Positions 39,981-51,893 of a stretch of DNA of 64,000 bases are shown here, one piece after another. Made by a program: the position numbers and the translations under genes. Numbering within the stretch: position 1 is the first letter of the stretch; each line of letters begins with the position of its first letter. Below the pieces are notes generated by a model. The model was not told the origin of the DNA. It searched no databases and was given only the letters and a program-made list of their open reading frames with translations. This stretch comes from Lytechinus pictus (taxonomy: Eukaryota), in NCBI RefSeq assembly GCF_037042905.1, contig NC_087252.1:26352001-26416000 (forward strand). Direction: 5' to 3'.

Positions 39981-39990
39981 GACCACTCAC

Positions 39991-40110
39991 CAGAGCATGT
40001 CCTCCTGTTAGCAGTAAGCATCCCACTTGAGCAGATGCAGCGGTATCCTCCAAGAGTATTCTGGCATCCTTGCTGACAAAGACCAGGATATCGACTACAC
40101 TCGTCAACAT
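39991..40110 (-). CDS. cbEGF exon
   Basis: cttgtag/gtgag ends, 120 nt: DVDECSRYPGLCQQGCQNTLGGYRCICSSGMLTANRRTCS. Confidence 0.94.
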
Positions 40111-40166
40111 CTACAAGAAAACAAAATTTTCTTTCTATTAATGAAAGGGTCTGAAGTAGAAGTAAT

Positions 40167-40303
40167 CCTGGGGCCCGTAACACAAAGCTTAGCAATGATC
40201 ATAGAACAATTGTTTACAATTGGTTGCATTGACTACAATGCACAATCAATTGTGAAAATCAAGCGTATGATCAATCGCTAACTTTTGTGTTACGGGACCC
40301 AGG
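40167..40303. mobile_element. Short palindromic MITE
   Basis: cctggggcccgtaacacaaag / ttttgtgttacgggacccagg. Confidence 0.75.
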
Positions 40304-40841
40304 TCTTAAATCCTGTCTAGTCCCCAACAACAGGGGTGGCTGGATGCACCTCGCGCTCACAGAAATCACCCTCACCACTCCCTTACTTTTTACTATGTTT
40401 CCATACAATACATTATTCAGGAAAATTTAATTTTAAGTTTTCAGGCTGGTCAGGCAATTTGAAAAAAATCCCACAATGTATTATTTTCCACCTTTATTAA
40501 AAAGAATAGAAGAAGATGTGTGTTTCATGGTTTATTCAATTCATTAAAATATATTGAAAGCAAAAAGGCATTAGAGTATAATTCATGATGATATCATTAT
40601 TCACATAGTATTCACACTTATTTTGTATGTAGTCTGCATTTGATTTTAAATTTAAATTCTACTTTATATGGATTGCTAAATGTTATGGTGACTAGTAGGA
40701 TAGCATTCATTATTTAGACCAGGTATATAACACTATAAAACATTTAAGTTTAATCGAATTAGTGTAACAATACATGTATCTTATTGAATATCAAAATTAT
40801 CACCTAGATCCATCATTTCATTACAACCTTAAATAAGCCCA

Positions 40842-41064
40842 CACTGCAAAAACTCCGGCGTTGATTTAACACCAGCCACACCAGAGAAGTGTTAAAAACA
40901 CCGGTTTGGTATTAGTCTAACACCAGATAGGTGTTTATACAACACCGATTAGTTTTAAAACAGCATCGGTTTGATTCCAAACTGGTGTTGTTTCAATACT
41001 TCTCTGGTGTGGACATATATAGATTCCGGGCTGGTGTTAAATCAACACCGGAGTTTTTGCAGTG
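40842..41064. mobile_element. CACTG-ended MITE (EnSpm/CACTA-like)
   Basis: ~37-bp TIRs CACTGCAAAAACTCCGG.GTTGATTTAACACCAGCC, CA 2-bp TSD; related decayed sequence near 63530-63850. Confidence 0.8.
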
Positions 41065-42350
41065 CAGTTTCATATTAAACATATCCTTGACCTTTTCATA
41101 TATCATAATCATACAATGATATCTTTATTGATTGGAAGTAATTTCTGATCTAAATAAACACAACATCAAAAGTAAGTCCCCCCCTAAAGAACCCCATCAA
41201 ATCATCCAGTATAACAAGTCATTCAAGTTGAAACCAAGCATGGGATATAGCTAGGATGTTAGTAAGTGGGTTGGTTTTTTTTACGTATAAGAAAAACTCA
41301 TTTACTGCAAGGCAGGAAAGGAAAAACAAATATATCTTTATAAAAAAAAACTTGATTCCTTCAAAGAAACTTGTAACATTGACCTAATAGCTTGAATTAC
41401 AGTTCAATTCTCCTGCTATGAAATTCCAATTTTCTACTTTCCTTGAATACAGAAAAGGAAGTATTTTTTAATCTTCAATCAGTCTCATGTCAGTGGCTGT
41501 TTACAGGTTCTCAATTACGATGGAACCGATTCTTAAATCAACCTCAAGCCTAAAAGTTGTTGACATTTTCCCAACGACAAAATAAACAGTGTGTCACAGC
41601 TGAAAGCCTGACTGGCAGACATAGGGTGCGTTTATCCGCCACTTCTTTTCATTTTTTGGTCATGTCTTCAAGTTCTAGTAAATGAATTAACTGGACAGAC
41701 AATGATCTCAGTTGTTGTTGAGTATACAGTATCAATATCAAATTGGATCTACGCTGAAATTCACTTCCGAACACCATTTTGGATAAATTAACAAGATGAA
41801 TAGAAGCATATGGACCCTATATGATAGAATTAAACAAAATGAGGTATAGACTGAATTCTGGAAGCAAAAGATTTTTCGAGAGCCGAAACACGTGCGAAAA
41901 ACTTCCTCTGTCAAACTGCGCACTAGTGATGCGCACTGGATTGGCCCGAATCTGCAAGGAGAAACAGCATTGGAATGAAGGTCGTCTAAACGCTGATTCT
42001 GTGATATTGTGATTCATGTTTGTGTTTTGAATCATGATTCAAATCATGATTCTGGCTTGAGGTCGCATAAACGCAGACATAGAAAGGCTTTAACAGAATG
42101 CAGTTGGCTTTAAACTTGGCAGCTCAAATTGAAGTTAAACTTGCAAAGTCGACTTTAACAGTGTCAATTATGCTCGGTAACAGTTCAAAACCTCTATACA
42201 TGTGTTCTAATCTTCTATCATTTATTTTGAGCTTTTGTAAGACAAGTTTTGGCAAATTACAAACACTTTTTAATATTATTAAGAGCAATCAAGGTCTTGT
42301 TTATAGGTACAGCTAGAAGCTAAAGAGACCATGACAAATGTAGGGGCTAA

Positions 42351-42514
42351 TACCTCTGTCACATTTGCTCTATGGCGGCCATAACGGCGAGTAAAAAACC
42401 TGTTTTTTTAACATTTTTTGTTATTGCTACATATATGTGGTTTGAACAAAAATGAATAAAACAGCTGTTTTCGACTCACCGTACGGCCACCGTAGAGCAA
42501 ATGTGACTGAGGTA
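42351..42514. mobile_element. MITE, sibling of 5554-5715
   Basis: Same TIRs, TAA TSD, opposite orientation. Confidence 0.82.
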
Positions 42515-43011
42515 TAAAGGTACTTTGAAACAATTCAAAAATTTAAATTGTCTAAAACTTAATCCATAATTTCAATAGCAGTCCTCATTTATCAAAAAAC
42601 TTTTCTTATTGATTTCTTGATTGCTATACAATATCTAAAATACTTTAGGTTAAGTTCATTTTTCAATCTAGTTAAAATTTGTACATTCGGCTAACTATAG
42701 CTGGAACATAATAAATGAATTAAATTTTGAGTCTTGGAGTGAAATGGGAAAGGTAGCAAAAAGAGTGATGTCATTCATCAGTTAACAAATGAGAGGAATG
42801 TCCTGAAATCGATGGCACGTTGGCCCTCGATATCTCCTAAAAGCAGAACGGAGAAAATGTCAAGCATACACAATTAATCAAATCGGACAGGAGGAAGCAT
42901 TAATGATGTAACTTCTACTGAATGATGAACCGTAAGATCACTTTGATGAAAGCTGAACTAATAAGCTATGATGCGGCACATTTAATCAGCTTGGACTGCA
43001 TTCAGGCTTAA

Positions 43012-43555
43012 AGGAAACCAAAATACAAGGAGAAAATCCATCTCATCAGAAAGAATAAAATGCGAGGAGCAATCTAAAACTTTTTTTATCAAAATCGGTT
43101 ATAGAATAAACTCTTGTTGCACTTTCTATGGGGAACCCTAAGATTGGCAAAACATGTTTCAAAATGGCTGATTTTGTGGACAACTCTCCATATTTTTTTT
43201 ACACACATTTTCAGATTTTCCTCATTTTCTTTCAAATTGCATCCTGCCTCCTTTTGAGCACAACATGGGAAAATATAATTCATACCACATATTTCAAGGT
43301 CAGGAGGAGATAATGTGAAATATCAGAAATAAAGGGGAAAATCTGAAAATTTGTGCACTAAAAGATGGAGTTGTCCACAAAATCAGCCATTTTGAAGCAC
43401 TTTTGCCAATTTGAGGATCCCCATAGAAAAAGCAAGACTTTTAAATGTCTATAACATTCTTATTTCATAACCGATTTTGATGAAACTTGTTTTAAATTGT
43501 TCCTCTCATTTTACTCTTTCCAATAAGATTGCTTCTCTTCTTGGGTTTTGGTTTT
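43012..43555. mobile_element. TTAA-target non-autonomous element
   Basis: TTAA|AGGAAACCAAAA left end with long internal inverted repeats; right end degenerate. Confidence 0.65.
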
Positions 43556-44672
43556 TAAAAGTCTACCGTTTAGATAAAAAAAAAATTGTTAATTTCCATT
43601 CACAATCATTTGACAGTGTTCCAGTTCTGAGGCATTAATATGCCAAGTAGAAAATGGTCTTGGAATGCTATTACAGGGGGTATCCCCTTTACACCTGGGT
43701 GGGGAGTGAGAACTACAGATTAATGTTTTTTTTTAACTCTGATTCCTAATCAAAATCGTGGAAAATAACTTTGAAACTCTTGGAACAACATAAACATGGC
43801 CTGACACTTTTATTGCATCATCATTCGGTAATTGCTGGAAAAAAACTATGCTTGAAAAAAAAGCACTAAAACTCTTAAATTGGCTAAGGATGGAACCTAA
43901 ACCAATGGTGCAAATCTATTCATGAATAGAATTTTGTCAGTGATTTTTCCATGACAACTTATAAGCTAGTGAAAATCCTTGCTTCTGATTGGCTAAGAGC
44001 AAATTAATCGGTTAAAATGGCTTGCATGACTGTTCATGAAATGCTCCCCGAAGCAAATAAGGCTTCAAAGAATTGACAGTCCAGGGGTCCATGTCACAAT
44101 GGTTAGTGATCAATTGCTAAATAGCGATGGCCAATCAAAATCATTGTTACATGCATATTTTGTTTAAATCACTGCCCAGAAACCAATCAGAAATGTTCTC
44201 TCATACTTCCTATTAATCGCAATCCTTTGTGTTAGCAACCCCCCCCCCCCCGAACACTTAGCAGTGGGAACGAGCTCTATGATGCTGCACATTTAGTTCT
44301 CATTCGGAGAATGACCCCTTTCCACCACGGTGACACCATTGCTAATAGTCTCTGGTGCGCTCTCTGAGGCTAGCTGATTTCCTTAATCATGATGACACAT
44401 GCAACACTTCTGTTTTCATTGAGGAACTCGGACTGGTGTTAAATAGTCAACATTTCCTTATTACCGAATCATTAAAAAGACTATTTCAGATTTAGTATCA
44501 ATTACCAATGGAGGGTGACTGTGTAAAATACAGTAACCTGAAGGACTTACTGATCTAAGTAACTTGCATTTTCCTCAAAAGGCACTCTCCTTGATTCAAG
44601 GATAACCTCATTGTGTTTTTTTATAACTTGGTACTCTAATACAGTATCCAACAAAACGGAGTACCTTCTCAC

Positions 44673-45372
44673 AACAAGTGGAATGCCTCTGGCGGTCTCA
44701 CCTGCATCACGCGATTCAATATAGCAGCAGTGCTGACTTTGAAAACTACTATCAAATAATTATTCACATAAAAAAACATTCATATAATGAAACAATACTA
44801 CGTTCACTGACATTTGACCTTGATCATGTGACCTAAAACTTGTCAGTGAAACTTGATTACCCCTATATCCACATTTTATACACTATATCTATAAAATTTG
44901 AAAGTAATGACATCAATCTAATAATTACCTCTAAAATGGCCAAAGTTCAATGACCTTACATGACCTTTGACCTTGATCATGTGATGCAAAACTTGCACAG
45001 GATGTTCAGTGATACTTGATTACTCTTATGTCCAAGTTTCATGAGTCAGATCCATAAACTTTCAAAGTTATGATGGTAATTCAACAGATACCCCCATTAT
45101 TGCCAAAGTTCATTGACCTTTGACCTTGGTCATGTGACCTGAAATGCGCACAGGATGCTCAGTGATACTTGATTACTCTTATGTCCAAGTTTTATGAACT
45201 AGACCAATAAACTTTCAAAGTTATGATGGTAATTCAACAAATACCCCCAATTTGGCCAAAGTTCATTGACCCTAAATGACCTTTGACCTTGGTCATGTGA
45301 CGTGAAACTCAAGCAGGATGTTCAGTAATACTTGATTAACCTTATGGCCAAGTTTCATGAACTAGGTCCATA
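44673..45372 (+). mobile_element. Helentron-associated (HINE/DINE-like) repeat with internal ~150-165-bp tandem units, 3'-truncated
   Basis: Starts AACAAGTGGAA.GCCTCTGGC.GTCTC.CCTGC; homologous to 53107-53662; superfamily is inferred from end structure. Confidence 0.65.
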
Positions 45373-45610
45373 ATGCCGAACTGTCCAAGACCAAGGCCAA
45401 GTGTCCAAACATTGTAGACCTCAGAGACCAAGACATCAGAGATCATGAACAAAGTTTAAGGCCACATCATTGTCCTTGAAGCCAAAGCCAGCCTCGAGTA
45501 GCCCGATAATGTCAGTTACTGCAAAATTAAAGCTTGCAATAACACCTTGATGTCTTTGAAGATATGAATTGATAAAGTACCTCAAAATGCAGTAGAGGCA
45601 TTGTACTAAC

Positions 45611-46036
45611 CTACACAGCTCCTCTGGTCTGTACCAAGTCTATAACCTGGTGGACAGATACACTGGACCTGACCGTTGCTTCCGACCTGACATCTATAGT
45701 CACACCCCCTGGACCTACAGCTGTAAGATGATGACGATGAAGGGTTCTGTCTGGACAGTATCTGCTGGTAGGAGATCACCCCAGTCCTGGGACTGTTCAG
45801 GGCGGAGGTCTGGACCGATCCTCTAGCGATGTTCTGCCTGATGACCTGTCCGGTGGTGTGGATGGACGTCCTGGAGGGGATCTGTCCAGTGGTGTGGACG
45901 ACTGTCCGGCTTCCGCCAGAGTTAGTGGGGTTCTGACTGCCACCGTTCTGCCGGGGTGTCTGGTAGCCAGAGACGTACCTAGGTGCGCTGATTGTAGTTC
46001 TTCTTATAAGCTGCCAGTTGCCTGTGTAGGATTGCC
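45611..46036 (-). CDS. N-proximal exon: Ser/Thr/Gln/Arg-rich segment plus EGF
   Basis: ttttgcag/gttag ends, 426 nt, open in phase 1: QSYTGNWQLIRRTTISAPRYVSGYQTPRQNGG...SSSSYSCRSRGCDYRCQVGSNGQVQCICPPGYRLGTDQRSCV. Confidence 0.9.
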
Positions 46037-47112
46037 CTGCAAAAAGAAGGGAAAATAGTTTTTGTTACAAATGAAAAATGATTGTAAATGAAGCAGCAGA
46101 AATGCCTATATAATTCTCTGATCAAGTTAAAGTTATCAATCCGAAGTAATTACCAAAATGCAATATGTATAACAAAAGTTTTCATTTATTCACATTTTGT
46201 TACTTCTGTCAGGGAAAGACTTTGAAACTTTATTTCACCACAATTCTCATATTAAAGAAACATACAAATCAAGAAATTCAATAAAATACATAATAACACA
46301 AGTGAAAATATTTAAGAACAGTGGAAGGATCACAAAAAAATTACAAAGAACTTATAAATAAAAGAAGACAAACCCAATAAATGAACCATGAAAAAGTGGA
46401 ACTAAATATCAAAATCTTCTATTTTCTTGATGGATTTGAAGGATTTTTGCCACATCTTAGACCAAAAAAAATACCATTAAAAGCAGTATTGTGATTGGGA
46501 TACAAATAACTTTATTCATTTATTTATTTTATTTCCAGGCAAGAAAACATGACAGCTATAGTAACATTACAAAAGAAATGTAAAATTGAGCACCAGCCAA
46601 TGCCTGAGGATCACCTAAAAGAATTGAAAATTCTGTCGAGAGGTTCTCCACATTTTCTGGTGCCTACATGGAATAACACAAAATAGCAATAAATTCAAAC
46701 ATGTAATTACAATACTTCTATATAAATTAACCTTCATCGTATAATATGAAGAGAGAAACAAAAAAAAGGTTATCAAATTAATACTTTTAGAAAAAATGCA
46801 GATTGGGTCAAATAGGGACTTTACATGTCCCTATTGGAGTAGGGTGCAAAGTAAATAGTGAACATCACTATGAAAGGGCATTTTTAAATGAATAAAACTG
46901 TAAATGATGTATGGTACCAAAATTACGATGTTGTAAAGGGGAGTAAGAGTGTGGGCTGCATGGCGAATGATGCCATCGTGCAAGTGACCTATATGACGGT
47001 GTGAAGGAGGCACTGGGGAGGGGGTGGGTCGTTATTTTGACCTCTTCTTTTCGCTGAGTAATAAGGTATGATGAGAGATGTTTGTCTCATCTAAAATATA
47101 TATGAACTTGTC

Positions 47113-47349
47113 GCACGGCAGGCAGAAGGGCGTAAATTTCTCGCCAAGCAGAAGGGCGCACACAATAAATCCCATCTAACCTATAAAATATCAACTTATT
47201 TCAGACCAAAGTTAAATGAATGAATGAAGGAATGAAATGGAACACGCATAGTATATTTGGTCTGAAATAAGACATTTTATAGGTAAGATGGGATTGAATG
47301 CGTGCGCCCTTCTGTTTGGCAAAAATTTGCGCCCTTCTGCCAGCCGTGC
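47113..47349. mobile_element. Foldback/MITE palindrome
   Basis: ~95-bp imperfect inverted arms (gcacggcaggcagaagggcg...tcagaccaaa). Confidence 0.75.
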
Positions 47350-47389
47350 CATGAACTAGGCCCTTATTGCATTCTTATGTCATAAGTTT

Positions 47390-47890
47390 ATGTATCTACA
47401 ACATACACTCATTAAGAAACAACAAATTATCATTATTATTATTATTATGCTTGTTGTTGTTATTGCTGTTATTGTTATTATTTTTCCTATTAGGCCCAAA
47501 GCGCTGACAATAAATTAGTTGATATCTACAAACTATAAAAAAGATGGGATTTTTATGTTTTTTTCTGAACATCGCTACAGATGGGGACTGTCTTATGGCA
47601 AGACTCAAACCATTCCAATATTTAAAAGTCGAATCAGTGTTAAACTCACACTGGTAGTCCATGGGTTAAATGAAGAAAAGTCATTTCATTCCTTTGCCAT
47701 GTAAAGTGTTCAACCGATCAAGTTTAGTATTCAATAAGTTAAATGGAGGAAATGATTATTCTGGTGTTAAACTCACATTGGTAGTCCGTGGGTTAAACGA
47801 AGAAAAGTCATTTCATTCCATTGCCATGTAAAGTGTTCAACCAATCAAGTTTAGTATTTAATGAGTTAAATGAGGGGAAACTATTTTTCT
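47390..47890 (-). mobile_element. 3' remnant of a CR1/L2-type LINE with a ~127-bp internal tandem duplication
   Basis: FKYWNGLSLAIRQSPSVAMFRKK matches the WNxLPxxIRxSxSxxxFKK end of ORF2; duplicated block at 47637 and 47764. Confidence 0.6.
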
Positions 47891-49113
47891 GGTCTAGATT
47901 AAAAAAGAAGGAGGGGACCTTTCAAAGGCAACGTCTGTAAAGGAAGTCATAATAACTTCCTCAATTGAATGCCAATCAAGGGTACACAACTACTTGTAAT
48001 AATCATGAAAGAAACATGATGTCATATTATGTGAAAGTCTGAGTGCACTATCATTGAAAAAAAAAATCTGTACTTGGGTGATGCTTCAAAAAGTTGTTTG
48101 AAATTTTGAATGTATGACTTTCATATGAATGGTGACCCTTCATTGGGTCACCATGCAGTCAATAGAAGATTGACATACTAACATTTTTCGACATGCACGT
48201 CATCAATCCAGGGTTACACCAAAACCGAATTCCCCCGAATAAATTCGGACCAATTCTAGCCGAATTCGGCCTAATTCTGATGGCTTTGGTGGATTTGAAT
48301 GTTCCCGAATCCTTCCTTAATTTTCTTGCATTCGCAGAGGGAGAACAGAATACTCCCGAAACCACCTGAATACACGTATTCAGATGGATCCGCAGCTGAT
48401 TCCGTTCCGGTTTAATCCGGCCTCCAGAGTAAAATTGCAAGAATGAACAGAATGCTGGAATTAAAATATAAAATTGAACCGAAAAAAAACATGGACGCTA
48501 AATGAGAATCATGCTAAAGGAGATTTTCTAAAAAGAAAGTAAAAATTGGCTTACATTGTGTTTTTTCTGTTTACCGTGTTCTTTCTGACACGCTTTTATA
48601 GAGGAGAAAACTATTTCTGATATCATTCTGCGACAGTTATCAATTATTTGAATGTCGTATGAGCTGATATTCGAACTTATACTGTAGGGGATTTCCATTA
48701 TAATTGGCAATCCATAGTTAAATCAAAATTTTAGGCCAGGGTTTGAATTAAACCAAAGTTCTGAATACAGGCCGTGAAGTTCAAATATTCTGAGGTGCTG
48801 ATACCCAGATATCCTGTATGCCAAAAACATTGAAGCAAACTTCCACAAAAGAGGAAAAATAATCCTGAGTTTGGTCAAACAGCTTGCAAAGATCAACACA
48901 AAACACATGTGTTAATATAATTTTTCCCAGTTCAAGTCAGAATAATACTTTGATTTTTATTCAACATAAATGTAAATTTGTTATTATCATTATCACCACT
49001 TTAATCATCATCATTATTATCAATATGACTATCACTATCAATGGGGAACAAATATGTCTTACTATTCACAACCAAAATACGGACTGTCATCACACTTGAT
49101 ATAATTTTTTTAA

Positions 49114-49557
49114 AGGTCAAGTCCGCCCTAGAAAAATGTTGATTTGAATAAATATGCAAAAATCAAACAAGCAAAATGTTGAAAATTTCATCAAAATCGG
49201 ATGAAAAATAAGAAAGTTATGACATTTTAAAGTTTTGCTTTTTTTCACAAAATAGTGATATGCACAACTCAGTGGCATGCAAATGAAACAGACGATGATG
49301 TCCCTCACTCACAATTTCTTTTGTTTTTAATTGTTTGAATTATACAATATTTCATTTTTTACAGAATTGGCAATAAAGTCTCCTAATTTGCATACCGACC
49401 AGGATGTGCATATAACGGTTTTGTGAAATTAAGCGATACTTTAAAATGTCATAACTTTCTTATTTGACATCCGATTTTGATGAAATTTTCAGTGTTATGC
49501 TTGTTGGATTTTTCTCTTTTTACTAAAATCATCTTTTTGCTAAGGTGGACTTGTCCT
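49114..49557. mobile_element. TTAA-target element, family A, internally deleted
   Basis: Both ends present, inverted relative to 14105-14697, centre missing. Confidence 0.8.
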
Positions 49558-50429
49558 TAAGTCCTCTCCGATCCTCCTCCACAAGAGATCTTGTGGTTGG
49601 TTATACATCCAAAATGTGAACTTTATCACGTTCATCGGTGCCTTGTGAGGAAACAATCACCACTCACCCCTTACAGACGAGGTAACTTCCAACTACCGTG
49701 AGACAATAGCGATGTTCACGCGAAAGCCAGGAGACATTGGCCCATAGTCTGCACTCTGGTTTGAGCTTAAAATCACATTACTCACCCCTTCATAAACTTG
49801 GGGACTTGCAACTACTCTGAAACAGTTGTGATGTTCACACTAACATCTGCTAAAACTGGAAATTAAAGCTACACCGGTAAAGAGGATAACACCATGCATT
49901 TCACACCAGTGTAAGAGTTACATTCATGGTATTACTTCACCCCCCCCCCCCCTTGTTGCCGTTATAACACATTCAACATAATTCAATATTGTAAAATGTA
50001 CTCATACATTCCAGCTAGATAAGGTCGTTATAACCCGAACACTATTTCTTCCCCTACCAATTGCACCCTTTAACACGAAAATGCAATTTAATGCCAAAAT
50101 TGAAAAGCATCGATAAGAGAGTGCGAAATGGCCTTTCAACTGAACTTGAACTTTACTGATGACCACAAACTAGGCACAAACACTATCCAAAAAGACTAAG
50201 GCATCTTGACTCTCTGATTATAACATAATTTGTTTTCAACTTGATTTGTAGTCAAACATATGAAATGCAATGATTTTCATTGGTTTATATCCAGTGGATG
50301 AGAAACCGAGTATTCTTTGGGTTGGTAACCACAGACAAATCTAATCTAACTTGACACCCACAAAGTCTCTTCTACGAACAGACACACAAAAAATGACAAA
50401 TGTATGGAGACTGTTATTATACGATGCAA

Positions 50430-50690
50430 TGGAGCATTTGTGGCCCAGTGAATTAGTCTCCAGACTCTGAAATAAGGGGATTGTGGGTTCGAATCCAAGC
50501 CATGTCTCAATATCCTTTGTAGAAAGAAATTGAAGTAAAAGGGTAACGACATGAAATAATTGCTTTAAAAAACTGAGCACTAGAATCGGAAGCCAAATTT
50601 AGCTGGGGTAATATATTAATATAGGTGCATATCGAGTACCCAACAAGTTGGATATGTGTGCAATATAAATACTCTACATCAGCATTATCA
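50430..50690 (+). mobile_element. Degenerate tRNA-derived SINE
   Basis: GGTTCGAATCC at ~50486; resembles the reverse complement of 13059-13340 and 35982-36256. Confidence 0.55.
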
Positions 50691-50799
50691 TCATCATGAC
50701 ATCATCCTTATCATCATCATCATCACTATCATCATCATCGTTATCATTATTATCATTGCTATCATTACAAAATGTTGTTTCCAACATAAAAAAAAATAT

Positions 50800-51893
50800 A
50801 CAACTATCAATTCTTCATAGCCACCTGTCCAACAAAATACACAACAACATAAATTTTGTCTGGGCACCTGGGTCTACTCTACAAACATCAAGTCATCAAC
50901 TTCAGGTAGAAGTGGGTCTGCCCTGGCAGACTACAGATTCTTCCATCATCTATTCTGTGTGTATAAACGGATCTAGTGTTAAAACCAGTCATTATTGTGC
51001 TAAGTCTTTTGATTCTTCTTTTCTCTTGTCGCCCATTCATCCCTTCATTTCCTTTCCAGTCATCGGAACCCTGATGAAGGCTTCCTGAGTGCAGGCTAGT
51101 TCAAGTGTAAATCAAAGACAGCAACACTTTTCACACACGTGGCTTCGTTTTCTAATTTTTCTGGTGGCGGTGATTGTTGTTGATGCTGTTGTTGTTGTAG
51201 TTGTAGTTGTTATAACAGTTGCTGTTGTAATTGTTGCTCCTTTAGTTGTTGTAGTCATTGTTGTTGCTGTTGACATTGTTGCTGTTTGGGTTGTTGTTGC
51301 TGCCCGTTATTGTCCTTTATTTATTATTGTTGCTGTTGCGGATGTTATTTCTGTTCTTGTTAGTACTGTCGTTGTTGTTTGTTTGTTGTGGGTATTTTCC
51401 ACAACAAATGAATCTCCTAAGTATTCTCTCAGTGGGTCTGTCACAATGTTGCTGAGCCGCGAGGTACTATTATCTAGAATACCGGTGTTGGACACTGGCA
51501 ATAGACAACAGTGCCTGTAATGATGGTAGTGGTTATTTTAACTAACTGCCAATTTGACAAGAGTGCATTAAAATGCTTCAAGGTAAGCAACCAGAGGACC
51601 AAGAGCTTATATTCCTCTCTGAGAGACCAGGTAATGAGGATCAATGCTTTCCAACGATCAAATACTGCCAAACCAATCTACTGCCATTGTAATATTTGGA
51701 TTTTATTTGGATGGTTAACCCTTGTATAAACAGTACTTCAGTACATTTGAGATGAATGACCAAGAAATGTACAATTTAATTCATGGGATCTTACTGATGA
51801 TGATATTGACAATATTATTGTCAGTATCATCATTAGTGTCAGGCTTAAGATCCCATATGAAAGCCCTCAGATTTGCTTCCAGCTTGTACTCAT
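50800..51893 (-). pseudogene. Decayed intronless ORF for a secreted, Thr-rich (mucin-like) precursor
   Basis: MSTSWKQI*GLSYGILSLTLMMILTIILSISSSVRS start; Thr-rich run ending RKIRKR|S; several stops and frameshifts. Confidence 0.45.

Noticed and set aside
39382..40110. Poly-His, poly-Ile/Thr and poly-Met/Val ORFs (also 17553-17760 and 39019-39363)
   Set aside because: These are frames of (CAT/CAC)n microsatellites, open by composition, with no independent coding evidence
49662..49860. Two ~120-bp units ending in G|GTGAG as the candidate signal-peptide first exon
   Set aside because: The phase-1 frame (MSPGFRVNIAIVSR*LEVTSSVRG) has a TAG that is present in both copies, and it is poorly hydrophobic
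51089..51520. Plus-strand Val-rich, membrane-like ORF
   Set aside because: Antisense shadow of the Thr/(ACA)-rich tract
51790..51893. Hydrophobic leader followed by GTAAGA as the EGF gene's first exon
   Set aside because: The donor would be phase 0, but the 46036 exon needs phase 1
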